Of a stretch of 61,801 nucleotides of DNA, positions 53,698-61,801 are shown one piece after another. The DNA comes from an uncultured Nitrospirales bacterium (GTDB lineage Bacteria > Hydrogenedentota > Hydrogenedentia > Hydrogenedentales > JAGMZX01), in assembly GCA_964569295.1 (NCBI GenBank), contig CAZMVU010000006.1:1-61801 (forward strand). Direction: 5' to 3'. The notes under the pieces were generated by a model. The model did no database searches. It saw nothing but the letters and a program-made list of their open reading frames with translations, and was not told the DNA's origin. How positions within the stretch are numbered: position 1 is the stretch's first letter; every line of letters starts with the position of its first letter. A program made the position numbers and the translations under genes.

Positions 53698-54121
53698 CGT
53701 GGTCCTCCTCGCCCGACTCGCATGGTGCGGGACGCAGCGCCATTTCGAGGCAGTGTTCTTCTTCGTTGTAGATCAGGTAATCCGCATAATGTTTGATAAG
53801 GCAGATTCCCCGCCCGCCGCATGCGTCTGATGGGGGGAGTTCAATAGCCTCTGGGCGAAAACCGCCGCCCTCATCGTAGACCCGAACAAGGCAGCGGCCG
53901 CCCTCTTCGGTTAACTGTACGCGCACGGATCGGCTGGCGTCGCCCTGGTTGCCGTGACGAATGGCGTTCACGAGTGCTTCTTCGAGGCACAGCCGCGCGC
54001 GCATGGCATTTTCCTTCGCCACCCAGCCGTGCTGCACAAGAGCCGCCACAGCACGTTCGAGCACACCGCCCATGACCTGGAGGTCACTCTTGAACTCTTC
54101 CTCGAAAAAGGGTTTGCTCAC
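53684..54121 (-). CDS. RsbW/SpoIIAB-like anti-sigma kinase
   Basis: EEALVNAIRHGN, DEGGGF, GRGICLI; GTG start inferred. Confidence 0.88.
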   Translation of the reverse strand: MSKPFFEEEFKSDLQVMGGVLERAVAALVQHGWVAKENAMRARLCLEEALVNAIRHGNQGDASRSVRVQLTEEGGRCLVRVYDEGGGFRPEAIELPPSDACGGRGICLIKHYADYLIYNEEEHCLEMALRPAPCESGEEDHDAQQ

Positions 54122-54254
54122 GGTACCGCCCCGTTCATTGCTGCCTTCAGGTGTGTAGGATACCACAGGGCGGATAAAGGGCAAAAGCCGGGCCACCCCT
54201 GCACTTGGCGGGGGTGGCCCGGCGGTCTTGCACGGACGGTGCGGCGCTCCGGGG

Positions 54255-56000
54255 CTATTCGGTGCTTTCTTCCGCGTCCATCTCCTTCAGGAACATGCTC
54301 AGGCTCGACACGCTCCACGTGTCGATCTGTTCACCGACCAGACGCATCTCATCGACGCGGGCGGCCACTTGCGAGGCGATCATGTCGGCCTCGTCGGGCA
54401 CAGCGCCAAACAACATCGAGAGCGGCATCACGATATCGGTCCAGAGCTGGGGCTTCATGACCAGCGCGGAGTAGCGGGGACGCGCCGGATCCATCGCCGG
54501 CTCGAGGCTGGCGAAGAGGTCCGAGTCTTCTCCCGCCGCAAACAGGTCGATGATCCGCTTCACTTCCTCGATGTTGTTCGACACGAGCACGGCATCATCG
54601 AGGTAGGCGAGGCTGAGCGGCACAGGCACCTCACCAGCCACAATGTCGTTTATCTGCACGTCCTTGTAGGTCTCATCGGGCATTGTAGGCACGAAGAGCT
54701 GCAACAGGCCTTTGGTCGCTTCCGGGTTTGTGAGTTGCACCATGAGCACGAGGGCGGGCAGGTCATCGGCGACCGGCGAAAGCCCAACGACGACCTCGGG
54801 ACCGAGCATCTCGAGCACCTGACGGCCGATAGTGAGTCCCTGGGCCATGCCGGGATCTTCGGGCACCTGGTCTGCCAGCACATCCATGTAGGTGCCGCTG
54901 ATGGTCTTCTTGAGTTCCGGGGTCAACACGAAGTCCAGGAAGAACAGCGTGTCTTGGTGCAGCTTCGTGGCGAGCTTCAGGGGAACACCTTCGCCCCACT
55001 GTTCGATTATGGCCGGATGGGTTGCGGCGTCCAGGCGAGACATAATCTCGAACTTGTTGCCGTCGATGCCGATCGAAACGATCATCGGATCATCGCCCCC
55101 TTCGCCGGTGAAGAGGGCCGTGAGCATGTCCTGCTGGGACTTTATCATCTGTGCAACCATGGGATCCTGCTCGGCCTGGAACGCGGAAAGTAGGCCCAGC
55201 AGCGACGGCACGAAATCGCCGCCCTTGACCAGCAGAACCAGCTCATCCATGTCCACCTTGGGTACATCGGCATCGGCATAGCGCACTTGCGTGGGCTCCG
55301 CGATGCGCGCGGCCGTATTGGCGACCATGTCGAGGGAATTGCCAAGGATGAGATGCGTGTCCGTAAGCAGGTAATTGAAAACCTCGGCTCCCCAGGAGCG
55401 GATGGTGAGGTCGCCCGCCGCGATCTTCTCGTAGCCTTCGAGATCAAAATCAGGGGAGAGTCCGGCAATGTGCGCGATTGCCGCCTCGGCTTTCGCCTTG
55501 TCCGATACCTTGAGCACGGCGCTCATGGCGGGGATTTCCATGTGCTTGGCGATGACCTCGTCCATGTTCATCGCAGACGCTTCCTCGGCCTCTTCGAGCG
55601 CCTCAACGAAGGGCTCGAGGCTTTCCAGCGAGGGCGCCAAGTCGACAAAGACGCCGACAGGGGCATCGGGATCAAGGCCGAGGCCCGCAACGATGTCGCC
55701 AAGGTCCTGGGCCTCTTCGATCGCGAAGTCCTCGGCCATATCACTGACCGTGTGGTCGATCATGGCTGCGGCTTCGAGCTGGGGCGCGACCGCTTCCAGC
55801 ATGGGCACAAGTTTGGCCTCAAGCAGGGGTATTGGCGGCAAGCCAAGGGCGATGGCCGTTTGTTCCGGCATAAGCTCGAGCGCAGGTATGGTGACGGGCT
55901 TTTCCTGCGCCGGGGCGAGGCCTGCGGCCATGACCGCCGCCAGGGCAAAGGCCACAACCACGCGGCCGGGGAGGGTCCAAGAACGGTTAACGATACGCAT
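54255..56000 (-). CDS. Large acidic secreted hypothetical protein
   Basis: AAGGAG RBS, signal peptide, two similar alpha/beta halves. Confidence 0.7.
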   Translation of the reverse strand: MRIVNRSWTLPGRVVVAFALAAVMAAGLAPAQEKPVTIPALELMPEQTAIALGLPPIPLLEAKLVPMLEAVAPQLEAAAMIDHTVSDMAEDFAIEEAQDLGDIVAGLGLDPDAPVGVFVDLAPSLESLEPFVEALEEAEEASAMNMDEVIAKHMEIPAMSAVLKVSDKAKAEAAIAHIAGLSPDFDLEGYEKIAAGDLTIRSWGAEVFNYLLTDTHLILGNSLDMVANTAARIAEPTQVRYADADVPKVDMDELVLLVKGGDFVPSLLGLLSAFQAEQDPMVAQMIKSQQDMLTALFTGEGGDDPMIVSIGIDGNKFEIMSRLDAATHPAIIEQWGEGVPLKLATKLHQDTLFFLDFVLTPELKKTISGTYMDVLADQVPEDPGMAQGLTIGRQVLEMLGPEVVVGLSPVADDLPALVLMVQLTNPEATKGLLQLFVPTMPDETYKDVQINDIVAGEVPVPLSLAYLDDAVLVSNNIEEVKRIIDLFAAGEDSDLFASLEPAMDPARPRYSALVMKPQLWTDIVMPLSMLFGAVPDEADMIASQVAARVDEMRLVGEQIDTWSVSSLSMFLKEMDAEESTE

Positions 56001-56199
56001 GCGACGTCTCCTTCTCAATTCTGTGTGCTGATAACCAATTAACGACAAGGGCCATTAGCCCTTGTTTGCACAACGGCCCTCATATAGCGGCGGTGCAATC
56101 GGTGCGGGGTTTCAATAAACCCTGCCGCCGGGCTGAAAACCCATGGGCGCGAAGCACCGGACCGCCTCAGTGGCTTGCGTGCCCGCGTTGAAGGCTGTA

Positions 56200-56230
56200 A
56201 GTATAGGCCGTCCGGGCGCCACCGCGTCAA
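56200..56230 (-). promoter_or_regulatory. Candidate sigma70 promoter TTGACG-N19-TATACT
   Basis: Near-consensus boxes about 200 bp upstream of the start at 56000; long 19-bp spacer. Confidence 0.45.
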
Positions 56231-56474
56231 GTAAGCTGTATCGCACGCGGGTTCCACATCATCGGCCGGCACACCATGTTCGGTTTTAATCAGACCGCCC
56301 GAACAGCGCGCTAGTTTCACCTTTTGCCCCGGGGTTTGTAGTCCGGGCATTTCACGGCGTTGGGCCGTTGGGGCCGGTGGCATGCGGAAGGGTGGTCGTA
56401 TTGGCAGTTGTCACAGAGAAACTCCGTGGGACACGTGACACGGAGCCACCATTGCCGGAGCTGATCCGTAAGTT

Positions 56475-57812
56475 TCATTGTTTTTTCCCGAAGCGTTGCC
56501 GGTATTCGGTGGGGGACATGCCCTCGAACTTCCTGAACAATTTGCTGAAATTGCTTTGATCAGCGATCCCCACGCGGGTGGCCACTTGCGTTACCGAAAG
56601 GCGTGTACGCCGAAAAAACTCTTTCGCCTTGGTAACACGCAGCCGCGCAAGGTATTCCGAATAGCTCATGCCGAACTTGCGCTTGAGCCGCTTACTGATG
56701 GTCGCCGGCTTTTCGCCGAGCAGGGCCGCCGCTTCACGCAGTTCGACACCATCGGCGAGCCGCTCGGTGAGGATGGCGTTCAACTCCTTGTACGTGGTAC
56801 GCACTGCCGCCGCCGGCGGTTTATGTGCGGGCGGGCCGGCCGGCGCGGGGCGCGGCGGCCCAACGTTGCGCAGCACCCGCATGGCCGCATCAAGCTGACC
56901 GGAGATATCCTGCACTTTTTCGAGATCCACGAGGAGATTCGGGAGCGCGCCCCATGCGGCAGCGGTATCGAGCCGGGCGCGTTGGGCAGCCTCGAGTGCA
57001 GCGGCCACGACCGCCACGGCGCGTGCGCGCCGGAGTTGGCCGCCTTCGCGTTTGCCGGCCGCCGCCTCCTCGAGCAACGCACGAAGCACCTCGCGCACGG
57101 CGGGCAAACGCCCCCCCGCCAACGCCGCCGCCATGTTGCCCGCCTGAAACGGGTCGCTGTGAAATTCACGCGGGTGTGTGGGGGCGGCGTAACAAATGGA
57201 CGGCTCCGTGTCCCCCCCTCCTTCAGCCGCCGGTGCGTCCGGCGATTCTGCCGGCGCCTGCAGTTCTTGCCACCGGTGAGCGAGGCAAGCAGCCGTCCAC
57301 TCGGCAATGGCGCACACCGCGTCCCCCTTGCACACGGGCACATCGTCAAAGGCGAAAGGCAATTCTTCGGGCGGCGCCTCGCCGAGGAGCTCTTCGAGTC
57401 CCGCGCGCACGCTATGGGTAAGGGCATGCGGTGCTTTGGCGGGGTTGTACGGCCCGAAGGTGAGCACAAAGTTCTCTTTGGGCAGAGCGGCGATGCTCAC
57501 GCAGGCAAAACCCATATGGCACATGAAAGGCACGGGGATACCGCCTTTAAGCGCGGTTGCCCCGGCGGCCGTGCGCGATAGACGGCATGCCCGGCGCCCA
57601 CCCGGCAGGCTGATAACATGCCGGCAGGCGCCACACCCCCCCCAGCCCTGGATAAGCGGCCCCTCGTCCCGGCTGCTGATATAGTGCAAAGCAACGGGAA
57701 CCCCGGCGGAACGGCCGGCGCCAGCAAGCAGCATCTGGCTTGCCGGCATGCGTATAAATTCGAGGACCTTCACGGCCGCACCTCGAACAGCGGTGTCGGC
57801 CGGTCTTGCCAC
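56475..57812 (-). CDS. AraC family regulator with PocR-like sensory domain
   Basis: Cys pattern (GACR..RACR..MCHMG); C-terminal AraC HTH (VGIADQSNFSKLFRKFEGMSPTEYR); start uncertain. Confidence 0.85.
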   Translation of the reverse strand: MARPADTAVRGAAVKVLEFIRMPASQMLLAGAGRSAGVPVALHYISSRDEGPLIQGWGGCGACRHVISLPGGRRACRLSRTAAGATALKGGIPVPFMCHMGFACVSIAALPKENFVLTFGPYNPAKAPHALTHSVRAGLEELLGEAPPEELPFAFDDVPVCKGDAVCAIAEWTAACLAHRWQELQAPAESPDAPAAEGGGDTEPSICYAAPTHPREFHSDPFQAGNMAAALAGGRLPAVREVLRALLEEAAAGKREGGQLRRARAVAVVAAALEAAQRARLDTAAAWGALPNLLVDLEKVQDISGQLDAAMRVLRNVGPPRPAPAGPPAHKPPAAAVRTTYKELNAILTERLADGVELREAAALLGEKPATISKRLKRKFGMSYSEYLARLRVTKAKEFFRRTRLSVTQVATRVGIADQSNFSKLFRKFEGMSPTEYRQRFGKKQ

Positions 57813-58543
57813 GCGAGATGCAGCTTGGCCACATGCCCATTCATGACGCCGCGTGCAAGGGCCAGCACATCGTCCGGATTGTTGTTGTTCTCGCTGATGT
57901 GCATCAACACCACGGTGCCAAGGCGGTCATGGAGCAGCTCCGCCAGCAGCGAACACATGTCCTGGTTCGAGAGGTGCCCGATGCGGCTGCGGATGCGATG
58001 CTGCACCCGGGGCGGATAGTGGCCGGCCAGTAAACGCTTGGGGCAATAGTTCGACTCGATCACGAGGGCATGGGCGCCCGCCAGACCACGCCGCACCACA
58101 TGCGAAACATGGCCCAGGTCGGTGGCAAAACCCAGCTTCGCCCCGCAACCGCGCACAGCGAATCCCACCGGATCCACAGCGTCGTGGGAAACGGCGAAGG
58201 TGTCCACCTCGATATCCCCCAGCGGCAGCGTGTCGCCGCTTTCGAAATGCCGCACGCCGTTCAGACCGTTCAAGGACGCCGGCAGCGCCTCATGCGTGGC
58301 CGGTGTCATATACACAGGTACCGCCATCTGGCGGGTAAGCACGCCCAAACCAAGCACATGGTCGGAGTGCTCATGGCTGATGACCACCGCCGAGAGATCC
58401 GTGAGCGATTCCCCCACCGCGGCCAGGCGCAGACGCAATTGCTTTAAGCTGAGCCCGTTGTCGATTAGAATCTTGGTGGTTGGCGTCGTCACGAGCGCGG
58501 CATTGCCGCTGCTCCCGCTGCCGAGAAGACTAAACCGAAGCAC
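57770..58543 (-). CDS. MBL-fold metallo-hydrolase (YycJ/WalJ-like)
   Basis: LGSGSSGNA, SHEHSDH, SHDA, TDLG, ESNY, GHLSN, HISENNN. Confidence 0.9.
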   Translation of the reverse strand: MLRFSLLGSGSSGNAALVTTPTTKILIDNGLSLKQLRLRLAAVGESLTDLSAVVISHEHSDHVLGLGVLTRQMAVPVYMTPATHEALPASLNGLNGVRHFESGDTLPLGDIEVDTFAVSHDAVDPVGFAVRGCGAKLGFATDLGHVSHVVRRGLAGAHALVIESNYCPKRLLAGHYPPRVQHRIRSRIGHLSNQDMCSLLAELLHDRLGTVVLMHISENNNNPDDVLALARGVMNGHVAKLHLAWQDRPTPLFEVRP

Positions 58544-58686
58544 CGCGTTGCGCTCCCTGTTGCGTAGAACTAAGGAATTGGCTGCGCACAAAAGCAAGCC
58601 CCTCCGCCATGCTTTCACGCTTGACAGGACGTGCGTCGGCGCCAGCGAGCGGCCCGCGCATGGGTGCGCGCGCATGATTGCCGCGC

Positions 58687-58715
58687 AGTATAGCAGCCAC
58701 CGGCCGGAGCATCAA
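58687..58715 (-). promoter_or_regulatory. Sigma70 promoter for the MBL hydrolase-AraC unit
   Basis: Minus strand TTGATG-N17-TATACT with TG extension. Confidence 0.65.
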
Positions 58716-58744
58716 TTGACAGCCTGACCGGGCGTTGCTATAAT
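58716..58744 (+). promoter_or_regulatory. Consensus sigma70 promoter of rpoN
   Basis: TTGACA-N17-TATAAT with TG extension. Confidence 0.88.
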
Positions 58745-58759
58745 GGCACGCATATTGCT
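58744..58759 (+). promoter_or_regulatory. Sigma54 -24/-12 box upstream of rpoN
   Basis: TGGCACGCATATTGCT matches TGGCACG-N4-TTGCW exactly. Confidence 0.88.
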
Positions 58760-58778
58760 AAACATGGAGGAATGCGCC

Positions 58779-60212
58779 ATGATGCGCATGGAACCCCGGT
58801 TAACACAAACCCAGAAACAGCAACTGGTTCTGACCCAGAAGATGCAGCAGGCTATCCATATCCTGCAGCTCTCGGGCATGGAACTCGAACAGTATGTACA
58901 GGAAGAACTTGAACAGAATCCTGTACTCGAGGTCACCACGAGCAAAGAAGAACCGGAGGGCAAACAGGATAATAACAACGAAAACGGCGACAGCAGCGAC
59001 AAGAATGAGTTCGAAGAGGATTTTGATCTCGATGCCTACGCCGACCGCTGGGATTTCCGGCACCAGGAAGGCCAAGACCTCAGCCGGAATACCGACATGG
59101 ACGCACGCCGTGACTACTACGAGCGCTCGATCACCAAAGAGGAATCACTTACCGCCCATCTGCTGGCCCAGTTGCGCATGGTAACCGACGATCCGCATAC
59201 CCTGCGTGTGGGCGAAGAAATCATCGGCGATATCGACGAGCGCGGGTATCTCACCCACGACCTCGATACCCTCGCCACGGATCTCGATGTGCCCATGGCA
59301 GAGGTCGAGCGCGTTCTCGACATCATACAGCGCTTCGAGCCGGCAGGCGTCGGCGCGCGGGATATTACCGAATGCCTCCTCCTGCAGATTGAAGCAGAGT
59401 ATCCCGAAGAGCCGGCGCTGAAAACACTTGTAACGGAGCATCTCGAAGAACTCGAGCACCGGCAGATTCCCAAGATCGCCAAGGCCATGAAAATCAGTCC
59501 CGAGCGCGTGGAAGAACTGCGCCAACTGCTTTCCCGGCTTAACCCCTGGCCCGGCTACGAATACTCCGCTTCCCAACCGCAGTATATTACACCCGACGTC
59601 ATCGTCGAGAAGAACGAGGAAACCGGCGACTTCGATGTCTACCTTGTAAACGAGCGGGTGCCCGATCTGCGAATCTCGAATCAATACCGACAAATGGCCA
59701 AGGACAGCAAGACCGACAAGGAAGCCAAGCAGTACGTGCGCGACCGCGTCGAGTCGGCCAAGTGGATCATCCGCAATATCGAGCAGCGCCAGGCCACCAT
59801 CCTCAAAGTGGCACAGGCCATCGTGGATGTACAACGCGACTTCTTCGAGAAGGGGATCGAGCACATCAAACCGCTCACCCTCCAGGAGATCGCCGACCGC
59901 GTGGGCGTGCATGAGGCCACCGTAAGCCGGACCACGCGCGGTAAATACATGCAAACCCCACAAGGCCTCTATGAACTGAAATTCTTCTTTTCACCTGGTC
60001 TGCGCAGAGACAGCGGCGGCACACAGTCTTCCAAGAGCATTCAGTCCATGATCAAAAAGCTCATCGAAGAAGAAGACAAAAGCAAACCCTTGAGCGATCA
60101 GAAAATCGTAAACAAGCTCAAGGAGCAGGGCATCAATATCGCGCGGCGCACAGTCACCAAGTACCGCGAAGGTATGCGAATTCCCGCAACCACAATGCGC
60201 AAAAAATACTAG
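58779..60212 (+). CDS. rpoN: RNA polymerase sigma-54 factor
   Basis: Q/L-rich region I, NPVLE, EPAGVGARD, HEATVSR, RpoN box ARRTVTKYRE; GGAGG RBS. Confidence 0.97.
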   Translation: MMRMEPRLTQTQKQQLVLTQKMQQAIHILQLSGMELEQYVQEELEQNPVLEVTTSKEEPEGKQDNNNENGDSSDKNEFEEDFDLDAYADRWDFRHQEGQDLSRNTDMDARRDYYERSITKEESLTAHLLAQLRMVTDDPHTLRVGEEIIGDIDERGYLTHDLDTLATDLDVPMAEVERVLDIIQRFEPAGVGARDITECLLLQIEAEYPEEPALKTLVTEHLEELEHRQIPKIAKAMKISPERVEELRQLLSRLNPWPGYEYSASQPQYITPDVIVEKNEETGDFDVYLVNERVPDLRISNQYRQMAKDSKTDKEAKQYVRDRVESAKWIIRNIEQRQATILKVAQAIVDVQRDFFEKGIEHIKPLTLQEIADRVGVHEATVSRTTRGKYMQTPQGLYELKFFFSPGLRRDSGGTQSSKSIQSMIKKLIEEEDKSKPLSDQKIVNKLKEQGINIARRTVTKYREGMRIPATTMRKKY

Positions 60213-60262
60213 GCAGACAACGCGGGCGCCTATCGGGAAAGATAAGCGCCACAGGTGAGAAC

Positions 60263-61381
60263 ATGGCGAAGCAGGCAGCGATCATGTTCGCCGCCATTGT
60301 GCTGACGACAATTGGCAGCGCAGCACACGCGGCGGAAACCGACCAATTCCTGACCTGGGAAGTGGTGCTGGCCGATTCCACCGGCCCGCTCAACACCTAC
60401 CTCAACGAGCAAGCACACGCCTTCCTCGAAAATGTGAACAACTTCGCTGCCCCCATTGAAACCGCCGAAGCGCTCACCATTCGCTTCTACGAATATCTGT
60501 TTCAGGGGCTCCATAGCTCACGCATCCGCACTTTCGTCAACACCGACCCCCATATCGACCGCTACCCAAACCGCGAGGTCTCCTTCCTCGAATACCAGCG
60601 CATGAGCATCTACCGAAAACCCGCCTTCCCCTACATTCTGCCCATGGCACGCACCGTGCGCATCGGGAATGTGTACCTCGGCACCGATAAGATCGGTCAC
60701 TTCTTCGGATTCGGCCGCCGCTACTTCCAACGGTTCCTGCGCCACCGCGATGAAGAAAGGCGCGACCCAGAGGCGGCAATGCGCAAGGTGGTGCAGTGGG
60801 GAATCGCCATCGAACGCAGTCTCGTAGGCGGCCTGGTCGACGGCATCTTTTCCTACGCCGATCTCGAAGCCAATTTCCAGGGCTTCCAGATGGCGCTCGA
60901 TTGTGCGGAAGGAGACAATCCGTACTTTCAAAAAGCCGGCGGCAAGTGGGTGCTCACAAGCCCCTTCGACCTGCGCGATTACATCACCCCGGGCTTCGAC
61001 GAATCCTACAACGTGAACCACTACCAAGGCCTGCGCAAACGCCAGGTGCTCCCCATCCTCGAACGCGAATACTGCAAGCTACGCGACAGCGGCATCGTGC
61101 AACGCCGCTTCGGACGCTACGAATTACACGAACCCAGCTTCTCTCAGCAAGTGATCAAAGCACACTACGACGAAAAAGACACCGCCCCCCAAGAAGAACA
61201 ATCGCTCCATAACCTGTGCCCCCAGCACCAGCAAACCGCCACGCGGCCTTTCGGAGGGCCCTTGGGAATTCTGGCGCACAAAACAAAAAGACGAGAGACC
61301 GGAGCACCGGTACAAACAGACGAACACATGCTTCCACTCCTCGATGTAAACCCACACCCGATCGTCCCAATCCTGAAATAA
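60263..61381 (+). CDS. Secreted hypothetical protein
   Basis: Signal peptide AHA-AETDQF; GTDKIGHFF..G..Y and SYADLEANFQG motifs. Confidence 0.7.
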   Translation: MAKQAAIMFAAIVLTTIGSAAHAAETDQFLTWEVVLADSTGPLNTYLNEQAHAFLENVNNFAAPIETAEALTIRFYEYLFQGLHSSRIRTFVNTDPHIDRYPNREVSFLEYQRMSIYRKPAFPYILPMARTVRIGNVYLGTDKIGHFFGFGRRYFQRFLRHRDEERRDPEAAMRKVVQWGIAIERSLVGGLVDGIFSYADLEANFQGFQMALDCAEGDNPYFQKAGGKWVLTSPFDLRDYITPGFDESYNVNHYQGLRKRQVLPILEREYCKLRDSGIVQRRFGRYELHEPSFSQQVIKAHYDEKDTAPQEEQSLHNLCPQHQQTATRPFGGPLGILAHKTKRRETGAPVQTDEHMLPLLDVNPHPIVPILK

Positions 61382-61457
61382 CAGGCACGGCCTTCGCACC
61401 ACCACGTAGATCGCACCCAATCCCCGCCATATGCTATGCTAGCCACACGAACCATGA

Positions 61458-61535
61458 CGGGGCGTAGCGCAGCCCGGTTAGCGCGCCTGCTTTGGGAGCA
61501 GGAGGTCCGGGGTTCAAATCCCCGCGCCCCGACCA
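61458..61535 (+). tRNA. tRNA-Pro, anticodon TGG
   Basis: CGGGGCG/CGCCCCG acceptor stem, CCTGC-TTTGGGA-GCAGG anticodon arm, GGTTCAAATCC T-arm, encoded CCA. Confidence 0.97.
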
Positions 61536-61547
61536 CGTAAACATAAT

Positions 61548-61591
61548 GGCGGTAAGGGTTTACGACAGCGCCCCTTGCCGCCGGTTTTCTT
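61548..61591 (+). terminator. Probable intrinsic terminator after the tRNA
   Basis: GGCGGTAAGGG / CCCTTGCCGCC stem (one T-G pair) followed by GGTTTTCTT. Confidence 0.6.
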
Positions 61592-61801
61592 GCCCGCCCG
61601 GTTCAGGGTACACATAGGGCACACTTCACGCCCATTTCAGCCCGTGGCGTGGTTCGTGTGCCGTTCCCGCCCGTTAAACCGGTTCGCCCCCCGTGGCGTT
61701 TGCCCCGCGCATGGGGCTTTGATCCTTAACATCCGGGTAAGCATTAGGGTAATTCTTTAGCCGTATGGCGCAAGGGAGCGCACGTGTTTCGCCAATCTGC
61801 C

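Overview
GC-rich bacterial chromosomal window, mostly core and accessory genes, with no intact mobile element or CRISPR array visible. Gene style (DUF1559-type prepilin, dockerin-tipped secreted enzyme) suggests Hydrogenedentota or a PVC-like lineage (inference only). Main content: a complete type II secretion-like cluster on the minus strand (gspE-F-G-H-I-J-K-L-M-C-D) downstream of an ECF sigma/anti-sigma pair; rpmB, rlmN, rpoN, tRNA-Pro(TGG); c-di-GMP and kinase signalling genes; two tandem secreted lysyl-endopeptidase-like proteases; a MaoC/acyl-CoA ligase/glycosyltransferase operon; and a decayed REP-associated tyrosine transposase. Best novelty candidates: (1) the secretion system, whose secretin ends in an ExbD/TolR-like domain and whose GspM-like protein ends in a CBM-like beta-sandwich; (2) a full-length UDP-glucose dehydrogenase homologue lacking its catalytic cysteine; (3) a consensus sigma54 box overlapping the consensus sigma70 promoter of rpoN itself. 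All family calls come from motifs read by eye, not database searches. Several start codons were trimmed from the ORF track using RBS position and gene overlaps.
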